DNA of 64,000 nucleotides from a bacterium (GCA_965218795.1 OZ244653.1:1504001-1568000); one strand, 5' to 3'; numbered from the stretch's first letter, positions 50,832-62,122 are shown. A program made the numbers and translations. Notes: generated by a model not told the origin, from the sequence alone.

Positions 50832-51767
50832 ATGTCGAGAGTTTTGACCGTTGGCGGCGCACAACTCGGCCCGATCGCGCGGAACGAGCCGCGCTCGTCC
50901 GTGATCCAGCGGATGCTCGCCCTTATGCGGGAGGCCAAGCACCGGGGTTGCGGCCTCATCGTTTACCCGGAACTCGCCCTCACGAGCTTTTTCCCGCGCT
51001 GGTATATCGAGGATGAGGAAGAACTGAACAGCTTTTATGAGCGCGAAATGCCGAACGAGGAGACCCGCCCGCTCTTCGAGGAGGCGGCCCGGCTTCAAAT
51101 CGGCTTTCACCTGGGCTACGCGGAGTTGACCGAGGAAAACGGGCAAACCCGCCGGTACAATACCGCCGTCCTCGTCGACCCCGCCGGCCGGATCATCGGC
51201 AAGTACCGTAAGATTCACCTCCCCGGCCATGGGGAGCACGAACCGGAACGCTTGTTTCAGCACCTTGAGAAGCGATACTTCGACGTGGGGAACCTCGGCT
51301 TCCCGGTGTGGAAGGCCATGGACGCTTCAATGGGTATCCTCATCTGCAACGATCGCCGCTGGCCCGAGGCTTTTCGTGTCCTGGGCCTGCAAGGGGTCGA
51401 GCTCGTCCTCATCGGCTACAACACCCCGGCGCTCAACGGCCTGCTTTTCGAGCCGCCCCACCTGCGCGCCTTCCACAACCATCTTTCCATGCAGGCGGGG
51501 GCTTATCAGAACGCCGCATGGGTCGTCGGAGTAGCGAAGGCCGGCCGTGAGGAAGGCATCGACATGTTGGGATGCAGCGCCATCATCTCGCCGACGGGCG
51601 AGATCGCGGCTCAGGCCTCGACCCTTGAGGACGAATTGATCGTGACGGATTGCGACTTGGACGCGGGCCGATACCTCAAAGAGACCACCTTTCAGTTCTC
51701 CGCCCACCGCCGCCCGGAGCATTATGGCCTGATTGTCGAGACCACCGGTATCGTGCCGCCGAAATAG
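50832..51767 (+). CDS. N-carbamoyl-D-amino acid amidohydrolase (nitrilase family)
   Basis: YPELALTSFFPRW, YRKIHLPGH, QHLEKRYF, ICNDRRWPE, GYNTP, QAGAYQN. Confidence 0.92.
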   Translation: MSRVLTVGGAQLGPIARNEPRSSVIQRMLALMREAKHRGCGLIVYPELALTSFFPRWYIEDEEELNSFYEREMPNEETRPLFEEAARLQIGFHLGYAELTEENGQTRRYNTAVLVDPAGRIIGKYRKIHLPGHGEHEPERLFQHLEKRYFDVGNLGFPVWKAMDASMGILICNDRRWPEAFRVLGLQGVELVLIGYNTPALNGLLFEPPHLRAFHNHLSMQAGAYQNAAWVVGVAKAGREEGIDMLGCSAIISPTGEIAAQASTLEDELIVTDCDLDAGRYLKETTFQFSAHRRPEHYGLIVETTGIVPPK

Positions 51768-51909
51768 GGTTCATCAGAGCCGGGGAGAAGTCCATTCATC
51801 AGGGCCGGATTCCCCTGTTGGACCGCCCGTGCCGTGCCGCCTGATCGAAGGAAAGCGGTGTTACAATTCATGGACTGAGCCCGCCCAATCAATGAGGAGG
51901 AACGCCTCC

Positions 51910-52704
51910 ATGCCGAATGTGACTGTGAAGGGATTGAGACTGAACTATCTGGTACGAGGCGAGGGGCCGCCCATGATTCTTTCCCACGGGTTTCAAAACT
52001 CCAACTTCGCGTTTCGGCCGATTATGGATCGGCTTGCCGAACGGTTTCAGATATTCGCTCTCGATAAGCGGGGACACGGGGATTCCGACAAACCTCCCGG
52101 ACCCTATCGGATTCAGGATTTCGCGGACGACCTCCTCGGGTTTCTCGATGTCATGAACTTGGACCAGGTGGATTTTCTCGGCCACAGCATGGGCGGGCGG
52201 ACGGGCACGCTCTTCTCGATTGAGCACAGCGATCGGTTGAGCCGTCTGATGCTGGTATCCTCCTCGGCGGGCGCCCCGTCCGGCGAGTATCGCAAGCACT
52301 TCGCGCTGCTCGAGCAAGTCGCCATTGCGGAAGGGATGGAGGCCGTGTTCGACCACGAGGAGTTTCGCCGGCCGCTTCCCCCCCCATTGCTGGAGGGCCC
52401 GCTTGCGGAGGAGTATCGCGGACGCTTTTTGAAGAATACGCCAGCGACCTTCACCGACACGGCGCACGCCCTCTTCACCATGCCGGACGTAACCGACCGT
52501 CTGGGCGAGATCAGCGTCCCGACCTGGGTCTGCTATGGAGAGAACGATCCCGGCCCGCTCGACTTCAGCGACCTTTATCTGGAAAGAATCCCGAACTGCA
52601 AGCGGGTCATCCTCGACGGCTCGGGCCATTACCCGATCTGGGACAGCACCGAACGCTTCCTGAAAGCTCTTGATGAGTTTTTAGCGAAAGTTCCGATTCC
52701 TTAA
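51910..52704 (+). CDS. Alpha/beta hydrolase
   Basis: HGF, DKRGHGDS, GHSMGG, GENDP, GHY. Confidence 0.9.
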   Translation: MPNVTVKGLRLNYLVRGEGPPMILSHGFQNSNFAFRPIMDRLAERFQIFALDKRGHGDSDKPPGPYRIQDFADDLLGFLDVMNLDQVDFLGHSMGGRTGTLFSIEHSDRLSRLMLVSSSAGAPSGEYRKHFALLEQVAIAEGMEAVFDHEEFRRPLPPPLLEGPLAEEYRGRFLKNTPATFTDTAHALFTMPDVTDRLGEISVPTWVCYGENDPGPLDFSDLYLERIPNCKRVILDGSGHYPIWDSTERFLKALDEFLAKVPIP

Positions 52705-52730
52705 TCATCAGAGCCCAGTCCGACTGTCTT

Positions 52731-52819
52731 GTTCTCCCGGGGGACATTTTGAAAACCGCCCGCCCCGGGTCCCCCTCTAAAACTTTTGACGGCCAAGCCG
52801 ATGGCTTGGCCTGATCGCG
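52731..52819 (+). repeat. Dispersed repeat family A, copy 4
   Basis: GGGGACATTTTGAAAAC...AAAACTTTTGACGGCCAAGCC..GGCTTGGCCTG. Confidence 0.82.
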
Positions 52820-52987
52820 ACGGCACGACTTCGGATTAAGGCCGGTCTGTCAGCACGGAACGTCAGAGACCCATTCTCATCCGCGGAATGGCCGGCACGC
52901 CAGTGCCCAAAAGCGCCCCTCATCTTCAGAGCCAAATCGACCACTCGTTGTCTTCTGGATCCTATCGCTTTGCTTCCTGCTGCCCGC

Positions 52988-53824
52988 TTAGCCCCAGAGG
53001 AGCGCCATGTCGTCGGCGTCCAGCGGCAGGTCGGCAGCGGCGACGTTCTCCCGAAGGTGCTTGATTGAGCTCGTTCCGGGAATCGGAAGGATGACGTCCG
53101 ATCGCCGGAGCAACGCCGCCAGCATGACCTGCGCGACGGTCGCGCCGTGCTTGCCGGCCACCTGCCGATAGGCTTTGTCCCGGGGCAGGTTCCCGTTCGC
53201 CAGCGGCCTCCAGGGGATAAACGCTATGCGCTTCTCCTCGCAATATTCCAGTACGTCGTCATCGGTACGCGAGGTGACGTTGTAGAGGTTCTGCACGGAG
53301 ACGACCTCAATCTCCCGGCAGGCCTCTTCGAGCTGGGCGAGGCTGACGTTGGATACGCCGATGTGCCGGATTTTGCCCTCCCGCTGAAATTCCTTGAACG
53401 CGCCGATGGATTCCGAAAACGGGACGCGGGAGTCGGGCGTGTGAAACTGGTAGAGATCGATGCGGTCGACCCGAAGCCGCTTCAGGCTCCCCTCCAGAGC
53501 CTCGCGCAGGTGCTCGGGTCTGCCGTCCGGAACCCAGGACGGCTCGGTGTCATGCAGGAAACCGCCCTTCGTGGCGATGACCAATCCGTCATAGGGGTGG
53601 AGGGCCTCGCGGACGACGTCCTCTGAATGCCCCGGCCCGTAGGAGTCGGCCGTATCGATGAAGTTCACGCCCAGCCGGACGGCCTCTTTCACAAGCTCCG
53701 CCGCCCCGGGACGCGGCGGCCCGAAGGCCCTGCCGGTCGTGACGAAGAGGGTCCCGAACCCCAGCCGCCGGATTTCGAGATCCCCGCCCAGATTGAACGT
53801 TTCTTGATACCTGTCAGTCGCCAT
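52988..53824 (-). CDS. Aldo/keto reductase
   Basis: IDTADSYG, IATKGG, SLKRL, IGVSN, PIPGTS. Confidence 0.92.
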   Translation of the reverse strand: MATDRYQETFNLGGDLEIRRLGFGTLFVTTGRAFGPPRPGAAELVKEAVRLGVNFIDTADSYGPGHSEDVVREALHPYDGLVIATKGGFLHDTEPSWVPDGRPEHLREALEGSLKRLRVDRIDLYQFHTPDSRVPFSESIGAFKEFQREGKIRHIGVSNVSLAQLEEACREIEVVSVQNLYNVTSRTDDDVLEYCEEKRIAFIPWRPLANGNLPRDKAYRQVAGKHGATVAQVMLAALLRRSDVILPIPGTSSIKHLRENVAAADLPLDADDMALLWG

Positions 53825-53836
53825 GTCTGCTCCGCT

Positions 53837-54262
53837 CTACTCGCGAATCTGGCCGTATACGCGCTCTGGAGGCACCAGCACCACCGTACCCTCCTGCTTC
53901 ACCATGGCTTGGTCGTATTCCTCCCAGTCGGGATGATCCTGGTCGCCGCAGGCCCGGTACACCTCCCGGAGCATGATCCGGACCTTCTCGGCGTCCGTGT
54001 TGTTGTAATCGAACAACTGCGCGTTGCCTTCCACGCTGACCCAGCTCCGCCAGTCTTTTGCGACCGTCAGAATGGTGCACCGCGGATCGCGCTGCAAGTT
54101 CCTGACCTTTTTCGATTTGCCGTGCACGGACACGAATGCCGCGCTGCCTTGATACGCCCCGCATACGACGATGCTCGAGTGCGCCGCCCCGTTGGACTGA
54201 TGGGTGGTCACAATGCCCCAATGATGCCGCTCCATAAACGGTCGGGCCTGTTCAAAATCCAT
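53837..54262 (-). CDS. PPOX-class (split beta-barrel) flavin/F420-dependent oxidoreductase
   Basis: KVRNLQRDPR, WVSVEG, HPDWEEYDQAM. Confidence 0.85.
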   Translation of the reverse strand: MDFEQARPFMERHHWGIVTTHQSNGAAHSSIVVCGAYQGSAAFVSVHGKSKKVRNLQRDPRCTILTVAKDWRSWVSVEGNAQLFDYNNTDAEKVRIMLREVYRACGDQDHPDWEEYDQAMVKQEGTVVLVPPERVYGQIRE

Positions 54263-54594
54263 ATCGCCGTTTTTCTCCTCCCCCGCTGTGACACGGACCC
54301 GGGCCTCTCCCCTGTCGGCCGAATTCCCCCGTTCCGTCTTTGAAAAGGATCCATCTCACGCAGAAAGCGAATGGGTCCCGTCAAGCATACCAAAAAACAG
54401 GCCTTGCGCCGTGCTCCACGATCCTCATCAGCCGGTCAGCCCCGAAGGGAGCGGATGACCAGCCTGCCACATCGCGGGGTTCGGGCCGCGACTCCCTGGT
54501 CCGCCTCCCCGGCCTGGGGCATTGGACGGTCGCTCAGCTTGCGCAGAGGAAATTGAACGGGGAGCCATCGGCTCAACAGTCGATGAGACCGGCG

Positions 54595-56788
54595 TTACTC
54601 TTCCTGATACGGTCCCCGGACGACTTTTGCTCTCGCACCCTGGCCGCCGGCGGGGGGGGTCGCCACGTAATGCGCCGGCGGGTCCTGACCGTTGGTCGCG
54701 CGCCGGCGCGCCTGCTCCGGCGATTCCAGCAGGTCCTTCGCGGCCAACGCGGCTTCCCGGTCAACCGGAACCGGCCCGGGCGCATCGGGGGGCGGCATCA
54801 TATTGGCGTGGTAATAGGCGAACTTTTGTTTCGCCGAATCGATCTTTCGATGCGGATCGATATCCCGCTCGTTGGTCCCCCTGGCCTCCACCGCCACTCC
54901 GTCAACCAATTCGTGATCGAACCACCATTTCTTCGCCGGGTTTCGTTTTCCGTTCCCCAGCCGGTCGTCGAGCCAGGTAAAGACGGGTACCCTGACGGGG
55001 TTGAGCCACTTCGCGTGGATCCCCAGCCAGCTGATAAACCGGGTCACCAGCGGACCGTCGACATCGATGACCTGGTTCAGCGGACATGTCTTCATGCACC
55101 GGCCGCAAGCCGATCCCTTGGGATTGGTCAACCGATAGCGGGTGCAGCGCTCGACCTCCGGCTTCCACATCTCATAGCCGTTGAACATCACCTTGCCGCC
55201 GACCGTGATGGCGTCGCAGGGGCATTCCCGGGCGCACTTGAGACAATTGCCGCAGAAATACTGCAGGTCGAAATCAATCGGCTTGTCGACTTCCAGGGGG
55301 ATGTCCGTGGTCAGCGCCACTGACTTGAACCGCGGCCCGACGAAGGGGTTGAGGACCAGTTCTCCAATTCGGCTCAACTCACCCAGACCTGCCCAGAGAA
55401 CCAGCGGAATATGAAGGACGTCGCTGTCGGCATTGGTCTGAGGACGCGCCGGGAACCCGATACTCCGGAGGACTTCCGCCATGACGCCCGCGATCTCCCC
55501 CCCGCGCAAATAAGCCCGCATGGATTGAGCGCCTGAGATCCAGTCGTCGCCGCTCGCCCCTTCCATCGTATCGAACTCCTGATCGATCAACATCACGATC
55601 GCATACTTGTGATAGGTATCGATCGGCGTTCCGTCCTCTCTGTGGGAAAACCAGGCATAACGGGGAATTTCGCAAATTCCCGTCAGATCGGAGCCGAGGA
55701 AATAGGACAGCGACTTCAGCGCCCGCGCATTCGCGGATGGATCCCCATAGCGGCCCGGATCGGCTTCGGCCGACTCGCCGTCCTGATAGGGAACCATCGA
55801 CCGCACCAGGCGCAGCTGACTGAAAGACAGGGGAGTCTTGAACGCGAAGCGCGATCGCTCCTTCTGGGCCCGTTCTCCCAAGTCGCCCTGAAGCGCCCGT
55901 TCGAAAAACGCGGCGCGTTTGGGGATCCGTGGCACCTCATCGTCAAGGATCAGAGTCGTCGGGCGATCGACACGCTTCACGGTCTCCATGGGATACCGGC
56001 TGTCGTGCGTTTGCCGCCGGGCGCGCCGGTTGCGTTCCCGTCCCGACTGCGCCCCGTTGAGCCCCCACCAATATCGAATCCCCTTGGCCCGCAGGGCGTT
56101 CGTGTGGAGAGGCCGGTCCACGGCGATCTCATAATCGGTCGAAACCACGGAGAGCGAGAATTTCCTGCCCACATAGGGGTTTACGATTTCATTCCCCTGA
56201 CGCACGACAAGACCCGCAAGCACCGCCAGGCGATCCGCATCCAGGAACTCGTAACCGGCGAGATGCGCCCGGGCCGAGAAGCCCATGTTCCGGATATGCC
56301 CGGCCACGACCACTGCGATCTCGGCACACCGCATCTCGGAGGCGGCGCCGACCGCCGGCACAATCCACTCCCTGGCGAGATTGCCGGGTTCCGGGACTCG
56401 ACCGTGCTCGACGAGAACCACGACAGCGTAATCATGCGCCTCCCTCTCGGCGTCGAGAAGCCAAGCATGATCGGGAATCCGGCAAGTCCCCACCTGACTC
56501 GCGTCCATGAAGTAGGCGGCACCTTTGAGGTCCATCACCCTTCGGCCGGGATCGTCCGGCAGCGGAGCTCGAACCGGAACACACTCCTGCACGTCCAACC
56601 TGGCAAAGATTTCGCGGTAACGATCGATGGCGTCAACTGAGGATGCCGTTGTTCGGCATACGATTCGGAAGGAGGCAGGGCGGCCTTTCAGATTCGACGG
56701 CGGTGACGGAGTCGTCACGCGGCAGGGTCTCCAGTGGAAACGGGCCCAGATGATAAGGGCGGTTCCTCGACTTCAAATAAAAGAACAT
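54595..56788 (-). CDS. rdhA: Cobalamin-dependent reductive dehalogenase (catabolic NpRdhA type) with +1 frameshift near 56638
   Basis: AGLGELSRIG, NPFVGPRFKS, CGNCLKCARECP, CGRCMKTCP; N-terminus MFFYLKSRNRPYHLGPFPLE lies in another frame. Confidence 0.88.
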
Positions 56789-56823
56789 CGCGTTGTTTCT
56801 CTTTGTACGTTACCGTTGTCCTT

Positions 56824-56890
56824 CTTCATTCCCAATGAAACCAGAGCCGCTTCCGTCTGCCGCTCCTGAACTGGACCATTGGGAATGAAG
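56824..56890. promoter_or_regulatory. Perfect 14-bp inverted repeat in rdhA leader
   Basis: CTTCATTCCCAATG ... CATTGGGAATGAAG. Confidence 0.5.
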
Positions 56891-57226
56891 TTCCGTATCA
56901 GTCCACGTCCCGGTGAACTGCTCCGAACTGTCTTGCTGTCCTTATCCGCCACCGTCTGGGTTCGCTTGGACAGAGGCCACCCCCATCATACTTGCAATCG
57001 AAACAATGGATCGATGAAATGATTGCGTGTGCCCCGGCCTTGAAAGGCAGGGTTGGACGGGATGCCCGTCCGTTCGCGTTTCGGCGGAACGCCGCGCCAT
57101 ACCAAGTTACTCCCCCGATGATTCGGGACATGGCTATTATAAACTTTTCAGAACTGAAGAAGATTGAATCCCTCTCTTTCAGCAATCAACTTTCATGTGT
57201 GAATCAACGCCCGAGGGGGAAGTCGG

Positions 57227-58012
57227 ATGGAGTTTGTCCTGAAAATGGCCGGGCTTGGGGTCGTCGGCTTCGCGGTAGGGTTCATCGGCGCGATGGTGGG
57301 CCTCGTTCTGGGCTCGCTCCGCCTTCCGGTGGTCGTGGCGGTGACGGCCACCCCGGGGATTGCCGCCGGAACCAACATCGCCATCAGCGCCATGACCGCC
57401 CTCTCGGGGACCCTTCGTCACTGGCGGGAAGGCAGGGTAAGCGGTGTTCTTCTGGCGAGCATGGGCTCCGCTTCGATGGTCGGGGCATTTTTCGGCGGGT
57501 TCTACAGCCGGCTCCTTCCTTCCTCCATCCTTTTCGCCCTGATCGGGCTCGTCCTCGCCCAGTCGGGAATCAATCTGGGGTTTTCCCGAAGCGGGCCCTC
57601 AAGCAAAGGCTCCACCTCGCCCCCTGAGAAGCCGGTCGGGGGCGCGCGCGTGGCCTGCCTTGCGGCCGCCTTGGGTCTGGTGGTGGGAATTCTCGGCGGG
57701 ATGGTCGGGCTCGTATTGGGGGCGCTCAGGCTTCCGGCGATGATCCGCTGGATGGGCGTGGACCCCCGTATCGCCGCGGGCACCAACATGGCCGTCGGTT
57801 TTCTGGTCGGCCTGTTCGGCTTTTTAGGACATTGGCTTCACGCAGAGTTCAATCTCTGGGTGTTGGCGGTCATGGGAGGGGGAGCCATGTGGGGGTCCAA
57901 CCGCGGGGCCAGGATGACGGGCCTAGTGGAGCCGAACGCGCTGAAGCGGTGGATCGGCCGGCTGCTCTGCCTCATCGCCGCATTCATGTTCTTCCGGGCG
58001 GTCAGCGACTGA
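57227..58012 (+). CDS. TauE/SafE (TSUP) family transporter
   Basis: Two repeats of G.VGLVLG.LRLP and IAAGTN. Confidence 0.88.
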   Translation: MEFVLKMAGLGVVGFAVGFIGAMVGLVLGSLRLPVVVAVTATPGIAAGTNIAISAMTALSGTLRHWREGRVSGVLLASMGSASMVGAFFGGFYSRLLPSSILFALIGLVLAQSGINLGFSRSGPSSKGSTSPPEKPVGGARVACLAAALGLVVGILGGMVGLVLGALRLPAMIRWMGVDPRIAAGTNMAVGFLVGLFGFLGHWLHAEFNLWVLAVMGGGAMWGSNRGARMTGLVEPNALKRWIGRLLCLIAAFMFFRAVSD

Positions 58013-58084
58013 TTGGGATAGAGACCCCGGGTCTCGCGCAGCGGGAGGTGGCCCGCCTGCGGCCCTGCGCCTTCCTCCCCGCTG

Positions 58085-58794
58085 TCATTTTCCCCCGTTG
58101 GCCGTCCGTGAACCCGCCAGGGAGGGCTCCGCGTCGCGGTAGGTGTCCAGGGCCCCGAAGACCTCTTTGGCATCGGCAACCTGTCCGAACAGGAAATCCA
58201 TGTTCTTCAGGGCCGTCCGGTGCAGTTCCTCGTCCCACGTCGCCACGCAATCACGGACCACCACGTTGTAGTAGTCGTAGAAGAAGGCGTGCCGGACGGT
58301 GGATTCAACGCAGACATGCGTGGCAATACCGATAAAGATGAGCGTCCGGATTCCCATGCTCCTCAGAATCAGATTGAGATCGGTGTCGATAAACGCGTTG
58401 AACCGGTGTTTGGCAACGATGATATCCTCCTTCAGGGGCTGTACCTCGCCGTAAAATTCGCATCCCCAGGTTCCGTCCACGCACAAGGGATGTTCATGGT
58501 AGACACCGCTGCGGGTTCGCCGGGCTTGGGAGAGAAAGACGTCCGAAAGGTAGCGGTTGTCTTCGGCATTGTAGACACATTTGATGAAGATGACCGGGAT
58601 CCCCCGCCCTCGGATCTCGGGGATGAATCGGCTCAGATCGGCCTCGATATCCCCAAACCGCTGGACATCAAACCGACGCGGCCGAAAACGCCTTCCTGGG
58701 CCACGAAATCGTTCTGATAATCCACAACGATAAGGGCAGTATGCCTGGGGTCCACCTTTTCTTCCAGGGTCAAAAGCATGTCCTTAGCCATCAT
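58085..58794 (-). pseudogene. Isochorismatase/cysteine hydrolase (RutB-like) with -1 frameshift near 58670
   Basis: TALIVVDYQNDF in one frame; KHRFNAF, GIATHVCVESTVR in another. Confidence 0.85.
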
Positions 58795-59256
58795 CGCTTC
58801 TCCCTATCGTGCGGTGAGCCGGCGTCTCCTTGCGGACCGGTTCCTAGCTTTGAGCCAATTTTTTGTCGATAACCCACAAGAGCATATACCGATTTCCGGA
58901 TATTATGCACGGGCCGGCGCCGCCGGGGCAACCTTTTTGCTGCACACGCCCTCCCCCGCGGCTTTTCACGGTTCCAGAGGATCCGGACCTGAAGCGGAGA
59001 ATGGGGATAGTCCTTGAATTTGCACTTCCAACCGACTATGGTTTTCCTATGACCTGTGTGCTACGGCTGGGAATCGAACATGCGCTGCCGCTCCTGTGCT
59101 CAAGAAGGTGCCGGGCCTCTTTTGGCCGCCGCCCTTCCGAATCGCGCAGCTCCCCCGGCGTAAGCAGACCCGGACGCTCTTTTCAATCGAAGATGGGAGA
59201 TGGGACCGGCGCCGTTTCAAGCTCCGGACCTTGTTCCCTCACAGGGAGGAACCCCC

Positions 59257-61881
59257 ATGGTTGGCACGCTGGATAATGAGGCGGAGGTGGAGGCGAAACA
59301 GACGGCCTCGGACTGGGTGCGTACGGCCTGCATCCTCTGCCTCAACCGCTGCGGGATCCTTGCCCACCGCACCGAGGACGGCTACGTCGACAAGATCGTC
59401 GGCGACCCGGAAAACCCGCACAACGAAGGGAAGACCTGCGCCAAGGGGAACTCGGGGATGGAAGGAATCGCCACCGAGACGAGAATCACGACCCCCCTGC
59501 GAAGGACCAACCCGGAAAAGGGTATCGGCGTCGACCCCGGTTTCGAACCCATTTCCTGGGAAGCGGCCCTGGACGAGGTCGCGCGGAACCTCAAGGAGGT
59601 CTACGAAGAGGACCCCACTCAGCTTCTGATCTTCATCTTCGACGCCTTCCATTTGCGGGGTTCCTTTCTTCCTTCTTTCGCCACCGGATTCGGGTCGCCG
59701 CAGTTCAGTTCGGGGGGTGCGGCGTTCTTCTGCGGGAACAACGTCCATCCGATTCACATCCTGATGCAAAATGCCTTCGAGGGAACCCCGGACCCCCACT
59801 ACAGCGAGTACATTCTCCACTTCGGCTCCCAGTACGGATCGGTGGTCCACTACGACACGATGAAGAGCACCCGCATGCTGGCGGGGAGGCGGCCCGGAAA
59901 GATGAAGCAGGTCGTCGTTGACCCTGTTTGCAGCCCCGCCGCCTCCAGGGCCGAGGAGTGGGTTCCTATTCGTCCGGGCACCGACGCCGCCCTCATCCTG
60001 GGAATGGCCAACCTGATGCTCAACGAGAACGGGCACTACGACGGACCCTTCCTCCGGAAATCCACCAATGCGCCCTACCTGGTCGGAGAGGATGAGCTGT
60101 ACGTCCGCGACCCCGAGACCGACAAGCCCCTCGTCTGGGACGCCGCCACCAACTCGGCCAAGCCGTTTGACGCCGATGTGGGAGAGTTCGCCCTGGAAGG
60201 GCTTTTCGAGGTGAACGGGAAGCCCGCCAAGACGGCCTTCCAGGCGCTCAAGGAGCACGTGACCCGTTATACGCCGGAATTCGTCGAGGAGGTGACTACA
60301 GTTCCCCGGGATACCGTTCGCCGTCTGGCCCGGGAGTACGGAGAGGCCGCGCACATCGGCGAGACCATCGAGATCGACGGCGTGGAGCTCCCCTTCCGCC
60401 CTGCCTCGGTGACCTGGTACCGGGGGCTGTCGGCGCACAAGCATTCGTTCCTGGCGGGTCTGTCCATCAGCCTGCTTCCGACCCTCATTGGAGGGCTCGA
60501 CGTTCCCGGCGGGCTTCTGGGCGATCCCTACGCCAGCGGGGGCAGGGGGATCTCCGGCCGGAGATACTCGGTCGAAGCGAGCCCCGACGGCCTCCTCATT
60601 CCGAAGGTCAGCACCAAGGGGGGAGCCGTGGGCGGAGGACTCATCGCGGGACCCTATCCGCCTCGCAAGGCCCGGCCGCCCCTCACGCCGCAAATGTTCG
60701 AACTCCTCCCGGTTAGCGGCGTAGGCGCCGTCTTCTACCTGCTCACCTCTGAGAAGGAGGACGTGTACAAACCGCCCCCCTTCCCCAAGATGCTCATTCA
60801 GCATCAATCCAATATCGTCAAGACCTCGGGACCTCCGGATACTGTGGAGCGTTTCCTCAAGCGCATCCCCTTCATCACCAGCATCACGCGGCACATGGAG
60901 GAGACGACGGAGTTCGCCGACATCGTCCTGCCGGACCTCCATCATCTGGAGCGGCTGGTCCCCTTCGTCTACAACAACATCGGCTCCGGCGATAGTTGTC
61001 TCACGACCTACGGGTCCAAACCGGTCGTGCACCCGACCTTCGATCACCCCTTTGAAGGGGAGTACGTGGATGTGATGCAGATCTTCCTGGAGCTGGCTCG
61101 GCGGGCCGGATTCCTGGGAGACTTCTACGAGGCCTTCAACCTCATCGCGGGGCTCCAGGGCGAATACCGTCTCGACCCCCAGGGTCAGTACGCGTACCAG
61201 GAAATCGTGGACCGGTTTCTGAAGAATGAGCTGGGGCCGGACAAAGGGCTGGAGTGGTATATGGAGGACGGCTTGTGGTCGGGAGAGAAGGCCGTCGAAG
61301 ACAAGTACCCGCGCCCTTTCGTTACGCCCCGGTGCCAGATCTACTTCGAATTCTTGAAGCCTGCGGGCGAGGACGTTCGGCAGATGACCCGGAAACTGGA
61401 TATCCCCTGGGATACCCAGGACTACCAAGTCCTCCCCGATTGGAAACCCGGACCTTCGTATCGGCACCCGGCTCCTCACGACCTCTGCGTGATCAACATG
61501 AAGGTGCCGAACCACGCCCTCTCACACACCCATCGGAATCCGCTCCTTCAGTCGCTTTCCGCCCGTCACAGCGACCTTCGAACCGTCTGGATCAACACCC
61601 GGACCGCGGCGGACCGGGGCATTGAGGAGGGTGATTGGATCGTGATCGAGACCCCCGAGGGAAGGCGGCAAAGGGCCATCGCGAGGGTCACCGAGCTCAT
61701 TCATCCGGAAGCTCTGGCGACACAGGGCTGCGGCGGCGGTTGGGTGGACCCCGCCACGAGACAGGAGGTCGACTTCAACGCCCTGCTCGCCATCGACGAG
61801 GACCACATCGATTTCATCAACGGAGCGCTCGACTCCGTCATCGCCGCGCGGGTCTTCAAGGATGGCGAGGCGAGGAATTGA
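59257..61881 (+). CDS. DMSO reductase-family molybdopterin oxidoreductase catalytic subunit (PadB-like), no Tat signal
   Basis: CILCLNRC...CAKG, PLRRTNP, VVVDP, PIRPGTD, ADIVLPD, WINT.TA..RGI. Confidence 0.88.
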   Translation: MVGTLDNEAEVEAKQTASDWVRTACILCLNRCGILAHRTEDGYVDKIVGDPENPHNEGKTCAKGNSGMEGIATETRITTPLRRTNPEKGIGVDPGFEPISWEAALDEVARNLKEVYEEDPTQLLIFIFDAFHLRGSFLPSFATGFGSPQFSSGGAAFFCGNNVHPIHILMQNAFEGTPDPHYSEYILHFGSQYGSVVHYDTMKSTRMLAGRRPGKMKQVVVDPVCSPAASRAEEWVPIRPGTDAALILGMANLMLNENGHYDGPFLRKSTNAPYLVGEDELYVRDPETDKPLVWDAATNSAKPFDADVGEFALEGLFEVNGKPAKTAFQALKEHVTRYTPEFVEEVTTVPRDTVRRLAREYGEAAHIGETIEIDGVELPFRPASVTWYRGLSAHKHSFLAGLSISLLPTLIGGLDVPGGLLGDPYASGGRGISGRRYSVEASPDGLLIPKVSTKGGAVGGGLIAGPYPPRKARPPLTPQMFELLPVSGVGAVFYLLTSEKEDVYKPPPFPKMLIQHQSNIVKTSGPPDTVERFLKRIPFITSITRHMEETTEFADIVLPDLHHLERLVPFVYNNIGSGDSCLTTYGSKPVVHPTFDHPFEGEYVDVMQIFLELARRAGFLGDFYEAFNLIAGLQGEYRLDPQGQYAYQEIVDRFLKNELGPDKGLEWYMEDGLWSGEKAVEDKYPRPFVTPRCQIYFEFLKPAGEDVRQMTRKLDIPWDTQDYQVLPDWKPGPSYRHPAPHDLCVINMKVPNHALSHTHRNPLLQSLSARHSDLRTVWINTRTAADRGIEEGDWIVIETPEGRRQRAIARVTELIHPEALATQGCGGGWVDPATRQEVDFNALLAIDEDHIDFINGALDSVIAARVFKDGEARN

Positions 61882-62122
61882 GGCCCGGGCCTCTTCGCCT
61901 TGATTCTACGGTGCAGGCCCTGGTTGGATTGCCCACAAAGCGCGCCCGAGACGAACCATGACCGTTCGTACTTTGGCGGTGAGTCGCCATTGAAGTTTCC
62001 CCAAAACCGTCTTGCAGTCTCGCCAACCTTTCTAAAACCATTTGCCCCCAGAGATCCACTGACTTCCATTTGTGAAAGATGGATTTCGGATCGGATTGCG
62101 GAAGCCGGTCTGACGCCCTGAA

